Both the position numbers and the translations under genes were made by a program. Positions 30,001 to 33,618 of a DNA stretch of 64,000 bases are shown piece after piece (within the stretch, counting starts at the first letter, position 1; every line of letters begins with the position of its first letter). Source of the stretch: Alphaproteobacteria bacterium (GTDB lineage: Bacteria; Pseudomonadota; Alphaproteobacteria; MPNO01; UBA830); the NCBI GenBank assembly GCA_965243135.1, contig OZ251539.1:192001-256000 (forward strand), written 5' to 3'. The notes under the pieces are model-generated. The model was not told where the DNA came from and ran no database searches. It was given only the letters and a program-made list of their open reading frames with translations.

Positions 30001-33000
30001 TCCGTCGTCCGAGGCGACGACGCTGACGGTAATGGCGGCGGCCGGCGAGAACGCGCAGACGGGCGACTTCACGCTGTCGAGCCCGACGACGCTGACCGTC
30101 GCGGCGGGTTCGATGGCGAGCGCCGGCGTGGTGACGATCACGGCGGTGGACGACAGCGATGTTTCGGGCCGCATGTCGGTGACGGTCTCGGCGACGGCGA
30201 CGGGCGGTCGCGGCGTGTCGGCCCCGTCGAACGCGACGCTGGCAATCCGCGACGACGAGGCCGATCTGGACGTGGGGCCGGTGACCGGCCGGGCGACGGA
30301 GGGCGGCGGTTCGGCGACCTTCACGCTGGCGTTGCTGACGGAACCCGGCGCGGCGGTGACGGTGACGGTCAGGAGCCGCGACGAGGGCGAAGGGCGGGCG
30401 TCGCCCGCGTCGCTGACGTTCACGACGACGAATTGGAACCGGGCGCGAACGGTGACGGTGACGGGAGTGGACGACGCCATCGACGACGGCGACGCTACCT
30501 ACGTCGTGCGGCTTTCCTCGTCCAGCGGCGACGCCAGCTACCACGGACTCGTCGACGAGGTATCCGTGACGACGATCGACGACGACGCGGCGCCCACGGT
30601 GGCGCTGGCGGCGGCGCCGGCGACGATCGCGGAAAACGGCGGCGTGGCCACGGTGACGGCAACGCTCTCGCACCCGTCCGCTGCGGCGACGACGGTGACG
30701 GTGGCGGCGGTTTCGGGCCTGTACACGTTGGACGGCGACGCGGCGATCGTCATCGCGGCCGGCGCCACGGCGAACGCTTCGGACAGGGTGACGGTCGCCG
30801 CGGTGGACGACGCCATCGACAACGCCGCCGACCGGGCCGGGACGGTGACGGGCGCGGCGGCGAACGACCGGGGCGTCGGCGCGGTGGTCGGAGCGGCGCT
30901 GACTCTGGCGGACGACGACACGAAGGGGTTCGCGTTCGCGCCGGAAAACGTGGTGACGGAGGCGGGAGATCCGGCGGGAGCCGGCTACACGGTGACGCTG
31001 GAGAGCGAGCCGACCGGTCCGGTGACGGTGGCGCTTGCGAGCGGCAACCCGGACGTGAGGGTCGCCCCCGACAGCCTGGCGTTCACGGCGACGAACTGGA
31101 ATCTGGCGCAGACGGTGACGGCGTCGGCGGAGCCGGACGCGGACGACTACGCCGACACGGCGGCGTTGGCGCACACGGCGCGGGGCGGCGGATACGGCGG
31201 GGTGGCGGGGACGGTCTCGGTCGGGGTGGAGGAGGATCTCCGCATCCTGGCGGCGGCGGAAAGGACGGAGGCGGTCTACAGCATCGGCGGCCGAATGGTG
31301 AGGATGACGTTCACGCCGCTTTCGGGCGAGGCGGTGCCGTCGCTCGAAGAGTCGGCGTTCGCCCTCGGTCGGGACGCGGCCTCGCGGGTGGCGGTGGACA
31401 TCGATCCGGAAGCGGTTCCGTCGTCGGGGCTGCACATTTGCTTGCCGGTGAGCGATGCGCTTCTGGACGCGGCGGCGGGTCGCATGCCTCGGTTGCTGCA
31501 TCACGAGGACGGCGCCTGGGCGGAGGTTGCGGGGTCGGAATACGAGGCGGAGAAGAAGCGGGTGTGCGCGCCCGACGTGACGGCGTTCTCGCCGTTTTCG
31601 GTGGGGTACGAGGACTCGCGCCCGGTTTTCGCGGCGAAGGTCGCGGATCAGCGCTGGACGGTGGACGACGAGGTGTCGCTGACCCTGCCTCCGGTCAAGG
31701 AGGGGGCGGGGGATCCGCCGTTGACCTACGCCCTGACCGGACCGGGTTCGGCGGCGACGCTGCGCCCGCCCGCGGGGCTGCGCTTCGATCCGGCGACGCG
31801 CACGCTGTCGGGGACGCCGACGGAGCGGTTCGATCCCGGGATCTATAGCTGGACGGCGAGGGACGTTGACGGTCAGACGGCGGCGTTGAGCTTCACCATC
31901 GAGGTGTTGGCGAACCTTGAGCCGGCGCGGGCGCGGCTGAAGGCGCTCAACGAATCGGTCTTGCCGGCGCTCGCTCGGGCGCAGTGGTCGAGCGCGCTGG
32001 AGGCGGTGACGGCGCGGCTGGAATCGCCGGGCGGCGGCGACGCGCTGGCGGACGCGACGGCGGCGCTGAAGGCGCATGAAGGCGCGCAGGACGCGGAGGA
32101 GGGCCTCTCGTGGCGGAAGGTCGTGGCCGGGCGGACCTTCGCACTCGGGTTGGACGAAGGCGAAGGCGGCGGCGACCGCGGTTCCGGCGTGAGGGTGTGG
32201 GCCAGCGGCGACCTGCGCTCGCTCTCCCTGGAGAAGAGCGCGCTCTCCTGGTCGGGCGAGTTGTTCGCGGCCCACGTGGGGGCGGATGCGGCGTTGGGCG
32301 GCGGCTTCACGGGCGGCGTCGCCGCCTCGCGCTTCGAGAGCGCCATCGACTACACGGACAGGGGCGCGGCGGCGGCGGTCGCGGGCAGGCACGAGAGCCG
32401 CATGACGGCGGTGCATCCCTATATCGGCCGGTCTTGGCCGGACGGCTCCCGCCTGTGGGCGGCGGCGGGCTACGGCGCGGGCGAGATCGAAATCGTGGAC
32501 GAGGAGGTCGTGGAGCGCTTCGGAGTTCAGTCCGGCGACGCGGCGTTCCTGGCGGCGGGCGTGGGCGGCTCGGTGCGCGTGCTGGCGGAGGATGCGCTGG
32601 CGCTCGATCTGAAGACCGCGCTGGAGGCCACGCGCTATTCGCTGTCGGACAACGGCTCGGCCCTCGCGGCGGTGACGGTGGAGACGCAACGTCTGCGGCT
32701 TTCGGCGGAAGGGAGCCGGCTCTACGCGTTGGCGGGCGGCAGGTCGTTGGCGCCCGCGCTGGAGCTGGGCCTGCGTTGGGACGGCGGCGCCGGTGAGACG
32801 GGCGCGGGCGTGGAACTGGGCGGCGGCTTCACCGTGACGGATCCGGCTTCCGGCCTCGAAGTGGAGGCGCGGGCGCGCGGTCTCGCGGCCCACGAGGGCG
32901 CGCTCTCCGAGTGGGGCGCGGGCGGGGCGTTGCGGCTGAACGCCCGCGGCGACGGACGCGGACTTTCGCTCCGCCTGGAGCCCTCGTGGGGAGCGGCGGA

Positions 33001-33289
33001 GAGCGGCGCGGCCCGCCTCTGGGCGGACGGCATGGCCCGCACCGCTCCGGCGAGGGCCCCCGTCGCGCGGCTGGAAACCGAGCTCGGCTACGGCTTCGGC
33101 GCGGCGGGCGGCGCGGGCGTGCTGACGCCGTATGTGGGGGCGGGATTCGAGGGAGGTTCCCGCCGCTGGCGCGCAGGCGCCCGCTTGGGGTTGACCCCCG
33201 CCCTTTCCGTCGATCTCGAGGCGGACCGCCGCGAATCCCCCGCCACCACCGATCACAGCCTAAAACTCGAACTCCGCCTCAAGTGGTAG
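2..33289 (+). CDS. Giant repetitive surface adhesin (Calx-beta/Ig-like repeats, putative-Ig and FN3-like modules, C-terminal autotransporter-like beta-barrel); 5'-partial
   Basis: One open frame from base 2 to TAG at 33289, already in mid-repeat at the window edge. Dozens of ~100-120 aa modules end in 'LTxxDDD'. Calx-beta motifs are present (GTATAGADY...GTLTFAAGET.KTI.V.V.DD..DE.DET). Putative-Ig modules (LPAGL.FD...R.ITGTPT) lie at ~3975-5305 and ~31615-31910, and an FN3-like module at ~5310-5590. An amphipathic beta-strand region at ~32190-33286 ends in ...LELRLKW (terminal aromatic residue). Confidence 0.93.
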   Translation, partial: GTVSSGGGAVTGAALMLTDDDALPTLSLALEPASISESGGASSVTAALSHPSGEAVTVTVAAAPGTGAAAADFDLSAATTLTIAAGSTTSAGAVTVTANGNDVDSPDKAVTVSGAAAGGNGVAAPSNATLTLADDEVLPTVTLALAPASISESGGVASVTAALSAASSEAVTVTVAAAAGTYAAARDFTLSAARTLTIAAGSTASAGAVTVTANGNGLDSPNKQVTVSGAATGGNGAAAPSNVTLTLADDDRTPTVTLFSPTDAGWEGHSGAARRPGGFTYVQAGQLNFVLQMDGASELPITFALGASGAATAGLDYTSLVGRTLTVPPGRTSLSFHVTVLDDDIDESLYESVNLRLANPVNANVRDWTANTQIRDDDDAAGLTVVESQGSTRTGEAGTTDSFTVALSSEPTAAATVEASVPSGSSGEGELSVDGGGTWGGSGTLSFNATNWNVAQEVRVRGVDDDADDGDGSYAVTLNPDSASDANYRGLGNVAVSVTNADDDAAGLTVVESEGSTRTSETETTDSFTVALSSAPTAAVTVAVESGDASEGLVSVAGGSTAATATLTFDGTTWSTAQTVTVHGQNDAPANAVDGDVGYSITLDPDSAAATDTPPGDANYRALASSEVRAANLDDDGARVSLHLSSARIDEDGGQAGAATVTASLSATAAAATTVTVAADPVAPAVAGDFALSAAKTLTIAAGALASTGVVTVAAVDNDVDAPDKAVTVSATAATGANAPAVLPLTLTIADDDAAPEVTLAVAPTSISEAGGAATVTATLSRASSAATTVTVTPKPGAWTAGSDATIAIAAGATAAASDMATVTAVDNLRDEDDRRETVAATAANDHSFPAGAGRATGAALTLTDNDNQPDLALTDAAQVSEGDAGDAMPGTLTFAVRLGVASGKTVTVDYADAGTGTATSGTDYTALASGTLTFAPGDRSKAIAVTATGDAGNEPDETVTLTLSNPTNATLSGATGTGVIADDDTRPTLAIGAASASEGTGGRAALSFPVTLSIASGQTVTVNYAEGTGGTATAGADYAALAAGALTFAPGETARTIDVAVADDALDEADETVLVTLSDAVNAALGTATGTGTIADDDDPPTLSISSPSVTEGDAGQATLSFAVTLDAASGRQATVAWADAGTGTATSGTDYAALAGGTLTFAPGQTRKTIAAAAIGDTLNEADETLRLTLSSPSGATLGSASAGVGTIMDDDPTPSLAIDSPEVGEGGTLTFAVTLSAASGKRVTVAYAEGTGGTATAGADYTALASGTLTFAAGETVKTIGVAAWSDTRSEADETVVVVLSGPTNATLGTAAGTGTIADDLQPSFAVSQVMRTLGINRTFPTFSLPAATGGNGTLTYAMATLPAGLTYTAPGARDAHGGRITGQPTQARGATVYRLTATDRDGDMATLNVSIAVSVNPGVEELRITDTVGAELGNFRTGEYILFTFYFDAAIATSGAGVGLKLKIGDNDREAEAATFYDTNPDELTFRYQVQASDWDGDGISIPRRPFRFFYDSSQGVTGYIRADGGPYHNTPAIDDLDARARISFANGRPRINDRAPSFGSATAAAKSFVKGSRVWADDPALPAASFPAPGAGETATDVNSSLTYGLAPALPAGLAFDAAARRITGTPTAAAPAADYALTATDVDGDRATLTFSLTVEEDARPAFAADAPAGFAWTEDAAVSELLPAASGGNPPLAYALTGPGSAATLSLPAGLEFDLDGTGTCGAARTVCGTPTAASGAAAWTLTATDRDGDAGSLAFSMTIAPRAPDRVTGVTTTPAVDALRVNWTAAAKADGYKVQWRSGSESYDPATRQAAVTGGAATAYTITGLAAGADAMVRVISTRTGAPDGPASSEATGRPTDVSLALSRTTIEEDAGAAADARSAAVTARLAAPLSEATTVTVSARAGTNAAADDFTQTGTTLTIAAGATASAGTVTIAAVDDEVDSIVDTSVAGKRVAVSGVSSGNGNPADLTLTVTEDDAAGLALAPALPADANDPWFTVAEGGSATFTLALASEPIANATVKVSSGDDGEGLLSSGGAAPAAATTLTFTPADWMTAQTVTLTGATDGAVDGAVDYRLTLDPDGGAADAYSVLATARAKARTTDVDAAGLAVSKSAVTVAENETETFTLALASKPAADVTVTIASGNPAELRVGKIRGGFADAQTLTFAPGNWSAAQTVGALALDDLVDEDDEQVAFTLDAASAGDADYDSLANVTVTVTMTDDDPSPSVAIGQARASEGGAALSFPVTLAFVPGMVTASERETTVDYADAGAGTAASGVDYTALADGTLTFAAGETSKTIDVAVTDDALDEASETVVVELTGAAGLTISSTAATATGTIDDDDPAPAVSIAGASASEGDAALSFAVTLGAASGRQTTVGYAEGTGGTATAGTDYAALAAGTLTFAAGATAGTIEVAVTQDAADEPDETVVVELTGAAGLTLSSTAATATGIIADDDDPPALSISSPGAAEDVGTLSFTVTPDVASGKQVTVGYADAGTGTATSGADYTAIAAGTLTLAPGAASGSIEVAVTDDALNEADETIVVSLSGAVDASVAPGAANGAATIADNDAITAQLAVSPASISEDGGTATVTATITPSSTDAVTITVSPDADFTLAGTTLTIAAGATASAGAVTATANDNAADAPDNSVTVTGQAAGGNGAVTVAGAALTVTDDDGAPRAVLTATPSKIAEAGGVATVTAGLSHPSSAATTVTVIVNLGKDTHNDDYTLTGTKLTIAAGATASTGAVTLTAAENADAEDKIVVLTGTAANDQGVTIIGNSQDADAPTVTMLDNDGAPVAALMLSSATIAEAGGRATVTASLSRTVSSAVTVYVTVANSVSPTDKDGFKVSANSSLIFAAGATASTGVVWVAADADDVDAADLVLSVAGAADASSGVENPLPATLTIVDDDATPEATLAVAPGSVSEAGGVATVTATLSHPSGAATTVTVTPVAGGYAVGDATIVIAAGATSNKDDEATVTAADDDVHQGSAGRSVTVTASVANAVGADGEVTGAPLTLSDDDAAPEATLALTPATVSEAGGQATVTAALSRPAAAATTLTVAAAAGTNAQARDFALSAATTLTIAAGRTASAGRVTVTAVDDDLDGPAKQVTVTATATGPAGMPAAATLSLADDDAAPTARLALTPATVSEAGGAATVTAALSHPSAAATTVTVQAAAGTNAAPEDFALSSPATLTIAAGATASAGRVTVTANDNDVHGAAKEVTVSGSMTNDHSFPTGTERPAAATLTVADDEEAPTVTLAVQPAAIAEAGGTATVTATLSGASPAATTITLTPLAGAYGVGSDAVIVIAAGATANASDTATVTAVDNDAHEGSAGRAVTVTASVANRVAAGNVAGARLTLADDESLPTLALALAPAAVAENGGEATVTAGLSHPSGEAVTVTVAATPGAGAVSGDFTLTGETLTIAAGATASAGAVTITANDNGRDEPDGKASVAVTVSGTASGGNGVANPADAVLAIVDDDGAPQVALALSSESVTEGGGAATVTASLSPAASAAVTVRVTVAAVPPAAAVDLSLSASTSLTFAAGATASAGVVTIAAADDALDEADEAATVSGTASGGGALDPPALTLAVLDDDDPPTVAIASASVAEGAAGATATLSLPVTLDAASGKQVTVEYAEDTGGTATAGTDYAALASGILTFAAGETSRTLDVTVTGDAVDEPNETVEVVLSAPVNAALGAAAATGTIADDEAKPTATLALSSASITENGGVSTVTAALSGPSSEAAVLTVSAAPVPASGAAAADFDLSAARTLTIAAGSTASAGAVTVAAVDNPADAPDKRVRVSARIAGGLGVAAPSNAILTLADDEALPTLTLALSPSSVSENGGVSTVTAALSHPSEEAVTVTVAATPVAPAGTRDFTQSGTTLTIAAGSTASVGAVTLAARDNAADAADAEVSVAATAAGGNGVADPPPATLTLKDDDRPAATLVLTPPSIPEGGFSTVTARLSGAARAAMTITVATAPGANTVSRDFTTSDERTLTIAAGTASSAGVVTIVGRADSRDSPDKTVTVTGTGASAGSAVDVTGAALTVTDDDPTPTAALVFTRSGQRSPITSISENGGVATVSARLSGGSSGEAITVTVSAAAGTNAAAGDFALSSAKTLTIAAGATASAGAVTLSAANDETDSPDKTVTVSGAISGGWGLVADPASADLGILDDDPTPSAGLVLSPFSISENGEVSTVTAKLSRPSTEAATLTVSASPGANAVAGDFALSAAKTLTVAAGATASAGAVTVRAVDNDVHAPAVKRVTLSAAVAGGRGATLSSSSDLQIREDDAMPTVILLLSPPSILESAGVSSVTAALSRPSSEAVTVTVAAAPASGTETVAGDFALSAAKTLTVAAGDTASVGDVTVTAVDNAADTVSRQVTVSGTASGGNGVLANPADAELTIVDDDGGSVVALSLSRSSISETGGVATVTAVLSPVMNDPVTVTVTAAPGTGADAGDFALGAATTLTFASATGTSAGTVTISAANDAADEPDQAVTVSGTAASRGDVSDPRPVTLTVVDDDNPPVMSISSPSVAEGAAGSASALSFEVTLDAASGRQVAANWRERTDLGGTATAGADYVAPAGGRLTFAAGETSKTVTVTVTGDDVHEPDETVKVGVTPLSPLHLTLGTAAVGTGTIVDDETLPTAALKLAPASISENGGVSTVTATLSGKSSAAVTLTVAAAPGTGATGGDFALSAARTLTIAAGSTASAGAVTVAAADDDADSPDKSVTVSATAAGGNGVAAPADATLTLTDDEAAPTVTLALSRTSVEEDPNAAASERRAAVTATLSGKSSAAVTVTVSAAADVNAAADDFSLSSPATLTIAAGSTASAGAVTVAAVDDVVDSVVDTSVAGKRVAVSGTASGGGIADPAGVLHLLIVEDDDAGLTVDPAFPAGRPWLVVDEGDGAVFTVRLDSEPTEDVTVAVASTDAAQGAVSPEALTFTAANWNAAQTVTLTGVEDQAVDGDGDYRVTLDPDAAGDGTDAYDGVAAIGAPVKTTDDDAAGLVASASAVTVTEGGADAAFTVKLASKPEADVTVTATSADGGDARVAAGAALSFAGMQILTFTADDWSAAQTVTVRAVDDAVDEADREPVAIALDPASAGDSLYDGLADEIVTATVIDDDAAPTAALALSAASISESGGVATVTATLSGPSSAAVTLTVSASAVSSSDAEDADFALSAARTLTIAAGSTASAGVVTVAAVDNDAHAPDEDRKVAVSATVAGGRGAVAAPADETLTLTDDETLPEAALALSMNPISENGGIATVTATLSGKSGEAVTITVAAVAGINADADDFALSAARTLTIAAGSTASAGTVTIVAIDDATAGPGKQVTVSGTAAGGNGVAAPDDVILALTDDDGVPQVVLALSPAAIDESGAGNVATVTATLSETARSAVTVTVSAAAVAASGAEDADFDLSPAPTLIIAAGSTASAGTVTIAAADNDVDAPDKRVKVSGTAASDRTVEQPVDVTLTIADDDPTPTATLALGPSSISESGGVSTVTAALSGASAADTTITVSAAAVAASGAANDDFMLSPATTLTIAAGSTESVGAVTVTAKGNAVDAPDKQVKVLGAASNSHGVAAPSEETLTVVDDDDPPTATLALSRTVLEEDSNAAADRRSATVTATLNHPSHAAVTVTVSAAAGANADADDFALSANRTLAVAAGRTVSTGTVTITAVDDAVDSTVADNAARKRVIVSGASSGAADPAVGVAHPADAALAIVEDDDAGLVLDPALPANASDPWITAAEGGTAAFAVKLATEPTGNVTVKAASGDAGEGTLSSGAGTPAASTTLTFTASNWNAAQTVTLTGVTDDTVDGDVDYDLTLDPDGESTDAYRNAATVAAKARTTNADAAGLALSRTAVTVAEGGDGEAFTVALAKRPLADVTVTVKTARSEDAGQVEVAAGGGFAASRTLTFTNGDWSAARTVTVKAVDDAVDEPDGDVALALVTESAGAAPYEALAPVTVTARVNDDDATPTATLALTPSAISEDGGVSTVTATLSGAASDPVTVTVSAAPGAGTDFTLSAANALTIAAGSTTSAGDVTIAATNKDATATANRSVTVSGTAAGENGVANPPDATLTIFDDDGDPKVSLVLSSSSISESGGAATVTAVLNRAVPGAAVTVTVSAAAGTGAADGDFSLSNPATLTIAAGATASAGAVTVTAVDNDVDSPNKQVEVSGQAASSATVSGPDAAALALVDDDPTPAATLALSPSSISESGGAATVTATLSGASSEAVTLTVAAAPGAGAAGADFALSAAKTLTIAAGSTASAGAVTVTANGNDVDSPDKSVTVSATAAGGNGVADPRGAALTLADDDPTPTVTLALSDSSISENGGVSTVTATLSGASSAATTVTVSAAPAGAVTLSPNRALVIAAGATASTGLVTATAVDNRAVEPAREVTVSGASAGGNGAADPADATLTVTDDDAPRVTLALSPPSISEGGVATVTATLDKTSTAAVTVTVSASAGADTDGADFALSAANTLTVAAGSTASAGAVTVTAVQDALDEADGAVTVTGRVDSSVREISDPAAATLAIADDDAAPALSISSPTAAEGSSGGETRTALSFEVTLSAASGREVKVNFADVVSGAGAGTAAASYDYTALSSGALTLTIAEGATAATAGTLTFAAGETSKTLDAAVVADKINEPDETVKLTLSGAVNATLATATGTGTITDDDDPPTLGFENTALRETEGDDMNVPPASAQASVCAVLNEPTGYGRVGAKLSTSDGTAAAGADYKAIVSQDTGFPQTQGGLAGDTATSRQCSSVEWVKDELDEHDETFVVTLHNLTGRATLAPNRAAATLTIVDDDDAPTLSLALSDPISGQPNTIKELAAAPSAERMATVTASLSAVSGAAVTVTVQAAPGTNAAADDFTLSANTKLTIAAGATASTGVVTITAVDDRIDSIVDSTVAGKKVTLSASVAGTASQMAAATDSQGNPTAVAELLIWEDDRAALVTDPAFPRCRRSPCPVWIDVDEGASETFTVKLNSRPTTNVTVAVKSSDADEGLVSSGAGAAAASTRLTFTAANWATAQTVTLHGVADNVVDGDGDYTIRLFPDTPDEATDAYHVIGGASVRPQTVRTTNVDAAGLTVSKSAVTVTEGGAGEAFTVKLASKPAGAVTVTAASAAADEARLSVGVGPTEGSKDLVFTPGNWNQPRQLTVKAVDDTTDEADGEEVVITLDPKSADDADYGAAGLANGTVTATVNDNDDAPTVTLAASPSSISESGGEATVTATLSGASAEPTTVTVTGVSGFYAAGSDATIVIAAGQTANAADTATVDAVDDDVHQGSAGRSTTVTATVGNGVGAGAVTGAALILTDDEAAPGATLSLSDASIPENGGTSAVSATLSRASAAATTVTVTAVAGAYTVGSDATIVIAAGDTTAASDTAAIAAVDNATDEADRKATVTGTLANGLGAGAVTGAELTLEDDDAAPTPIMSISPSSSPISENGGTATVSLTLSHPSSAATTLTVAASAGVYTVASGAGGAIVIAAGETANASDTVVITAVDNDVDADTRTVSLRATLVNDQGLSLTSLSAGIEFADDDTAGVSVAPATSTSSRLQTTEAGGQATFAVTLDTEPTGDVVLGVASSDTTEGTASPSSLTFTATTWNAAQTVTLTGQDDAPANPTDGSQDYSVTLTVNQTSTADANYDALSAVTVYAANRDDDLGLDVGAVAGQATEAGGTATFTVALLSQPSAAVTISVQSRDTGEGLVSTGGGAPASSTTLTFATGAWNVDQTVTVTGQDDAVHDGAATWTVRLDPASGDPGYNGLADEDVSVSTTDDEDPPTVKLALSPSSISENGGEATVTATLSGASAEPTTVTVTGVSGFYAAGSDAAIVIAAGQTANAADTATVAAVDDDVHQGAAGRGTTVTATVGNGVGVGAVTGAALTLTDDEAAPGATLSLSDASISENGGTSAVSATLSRASAAATTVTVTAAAGAYAVGADATIVIAAGDTTAASDTAAIIAVDNATDEADRTATVTGTLANDLGVGAVTGVELTLEDDDAAPTATLSVAAPSISEDGGTTAVSATLNRPSSAATTVTVTAAAGAYTVDSGAGATIVIAAGQTANVSDTATITAVDNDVDAADNAVTVAGAATNDQAAADTETVSVTGASLTITDDDAAGVAVSPATSTSSRLRTTEAGDRATFTVTLESEPTGNVVLDVASSDTAQGTAFPSSLVFTALNWSTAQTVTLTGVDDSPGAADGSQTYEVTLTMNQTSTADANYDALSALTVYAVNADDEFGLNVGTVSGQATEAGGQATFPVKLLTQPTEAVTVSVSSLDPGEGMASPSSLTFGTTNWDTAQTVTVIGANDDVDDGDASWQVRLDPASGDVDYNGLANVDVLVSTTDDDGAPAVTLALSPSSIDESGTANTAAVRATLSRASGAATTVTVTAVPGFYAVGSDATIVIAAGDTAAASDTAAITAVDNDVDEPDRTPTVTATVANDRAAADAATMAVTGATLTIRDDDAAPNVTLSLSPASIAENGGTSAVRATLSRASSAATTVTVTAVPGFYAVGPDATIVIAAGDTTATSDTVTITAVNNDIDEPNRTATVTATVGNGQGAGSVTGATLTLTDDETLPTATLELNPASISENGGVSTVTARLTGKSSAAVTITVAAAAGTGASSADFAQSGATLTVAAGATASAGRVTVTANDNDAASGSKQVTVSATAVGGNGVADPADATLTVTDDDAPQPTLHLSSSSIGENGGATTVTATLDRVSTVAVTVTISASPGSGTDFTLSSAKTLTFAATSTVSAGVVTITASDNDTDAPDKTVTVSGTSSDSLGLANDPSSVTLAIADDDAAPGVTLSLSDASIAENGGTSAVSAALSHPSSAATTVTVTAVSGAFTVPSGAAGYIVIAAGDTTAASDTVTVTAVNNDVDEPNRMATVTATAANDQGAGGVTGATLTLEDDEAAPTVTLSVNPGSISENGGTATVRATLSHPSSQPTTVTVTAQANAYTVESGAGGTIVIAAGQTVNASDTATVTAVDNDVDAADNAATVTGTAANGHGVTATATGASLTITDDDAAGIEMDPATTTTSRVRTSEDGSAATVDVTLASEPTGDVRINVASSDTGEGAASPSSLTFTSTNWNMAQTVTLTGVDDNPDAADGSQNYQATLTVDTANTADAYYDALSAVTIYAVNADDELGLDVGAVMGQATEAGGAATFTVKLVTDPALATAPSQSVTVSVSSRDTGEGTVSPPSLTFTAGSSGTWNVNQTVTVTGADDAVDDGTVTWDVRLDASSTAGSDYHNVPDVDVAVTTTDDDGPPTVTLSLSPSSIDESGTANTAAVRATLSRASGAATTVTVTAVPGFYAVGSDATIVIAAGDTAAASDTAAVAAVDNDIDEPNRTATVTATVANDRAAADSTTMAVTGATLAIRDDDAAPNVTLSLNPASIAENGGTSAVSATLSRASSAATTVTVTAVPGFYTAGSDATVVIAAGDTTAASDTAAIAAVDNDIDEPNRTATVTATAGNSQGAGSVTGATLTLTDDETLPTATLVLNPASISEAGGVATVTATLDGKSSAAVTLTVAAAAGTGAVSGDFSQSGATLTIAAGSTASAGRVTVRANDNSAATGSKQVTVSGTAAGGNGVANPTAATLTLTDDDTPQVTLALSSSSVSENGGVATVTATLDRTSAVAVTVTVAASPGSGTDFTLSSAKTLTFAANATASAGVVTITASDNDTDAPDKTVTVSGTSSDSLGLANDPPSAMLTITDDDAAPGVTLSLSDASIAENGGTSAVSATLSHPSSAATTITVTAVSGFYTAGSDATIVFAAGDTTNATDTATIAAVDNATDEPNRMVTVTGAMTNDQGAGNVAGVTLTLEDDDATPVTTLRLSSSSISENGGTTRVTATLDRPSSRPTTVTVAAAAGTGATSSDFAQSGATLIVAAGSRASAGVVTITAVDNDADAPDKQVTVSGTSANDHGKTNPSNVTLTISDDEATPTARLILTPSTILENGGVSTVTAALSHPSSEATTLTVMAAAGENAQTGDFTLSSPTTLTVAAGSMASAGVVTITAVDDSDVSGRMSVTVSATATGGRGVSAPSNATLAIRDDEADLDVGPVTGRATEGGGSATFTLALLTEPGAAVTVTVRSRDEGEGRASPASLTFTTTNWNRARTVTVTGVDDAIDDGDATYVVRLSSSSGDASYHGLVDEVSVTTIDDDAAPTVALAAAPATIAENGGVATVTATLSHPSAAATTVTVAAVSGLYTLDGDAAIVIAAGATANASDRVTVAAVDDAIDNAADRAGTVTGAAANDRGVGAVVGAALTLADDDTKGFAFAPENVVTEAGDPAGAGYTVTLESEPTGPVTVALASGNPDVRVAPDSLAFTATNWNLAQTVTASAEPDADDYADTAALAHTARGGGYGGVAGTVSVGVEEDLRILAAAERTEAVYSIGGRMVRMTFTPLSGEAVPSLEESAFALGRDAASRVAVDIDPEAVPSSGLHICLPVSDALLDAAAGRMPRLLHHEDGAWAEVAGSEYEAEKKRVCAPDVTAFSPFSVGYEDSRPVFAAKVADQRWTVDDEVSLTLPPVKEGAGDPPLTYALTGPGSAATLRPPAGLRFDPATRTLSGTPTERFDPGIYSWTARDVDGQTAALSFTIEVLANLEPARARLKALNESVLPALARAQWSSALEAVTARLESPGGGDALADATAALKAHEGAQDAEEGLSWRKVVAGRTFALGLDEGEGGGDRGSGVRVWASGDLRSLSLEKSALSWSGELFAAHVGADAALGGGFTGGVAASRFESAIDYTDRGAAAAVAGRHESRMTAVHPYIGRSWPDGSRLWAAAGYGAGEIEIVDEEVVERFGVQSGDAAFLAAGVGGSVRVLAEDALALDLKTALEATRYSLSDNGSALAAVTVETQRLRLSAEGSRLYALAGGRSLAPALELGLRWDGGAGETGAGVELGGGFTVTDPASGLEVEARARGLAAHEGALSEWGAGGALRLNARGDGRGLSLRLEPSWGAAESGAARLWADGMARTAPARAPVARLETELGYGFGAAGGAGVLTPYVGAGFEGGSRRWRAGARLGLTPALSVDLEADRRESPATTDHSLKLELRLKW

Positions 33290-33304
33290 CACCCGGAAGG
33301 GAGG

Positions 33305-33342
33305 GGAACGCCCGTCTTCGTCCCCGTAGCGGCGGGCGTTCC
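33305..33342 (+). terminator. GC-rich stem-loop downstream of the giant gene (possible terminator or mRNA stabiliser)
   Basis: ggaacgcccgtc...ggcgggcgttcc inverted repeat ~15 bp after the stop codon; no U-tract. Confidence 0.35.
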
Positions 33343-33516
33343 GCATGGGCGCGCGCTTCGCCGCTGTCGGCTCCGTTCGCACGCGCCCCGACGAACCACG
33401 TCGTTGAACGCCGGAAGTCTTCCGCAAATGAGACGATCCGAGACCATGCGCGAAACGGAATCGGCGGAATCCTCCGAACGCTCCTGGAAATGCGGAATGC
33501 GGCTGGCGTACGCAAC

Positions 33517-33618
33517 GGGATGCCAACTTCGGACAAAAGTATCTGCGAATCCGAGTTTTAAAAATTCGAAAATTCCCCCCGTTTTCGAGGTCCGGCGGGA
33601 ACGCCCCTTTCAGATTCG
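33517..33618. repeat. ~100-bp direct repeat, copy 1 (left boundary of the R-M islet)
   Basis: gggatgccaacttcggacaaaagtatctgcgaatccgagttt...gccccttt cagattcg is nearly identical to 37967-38069. Confidence 0.9.

Noticed and set aside
1048-33256. Many long ORFs overlapping the giant gene (e.g. 3862-8190+, 8623-15363+, 17275-24315+, 20189-28726-, 28886-33256-)
   Set aside because: Arg/Gly-rich or mirror-image translations expected from stop-poor alternative frames of very GC-rich repetitive coding DNA; no recognisable domains.
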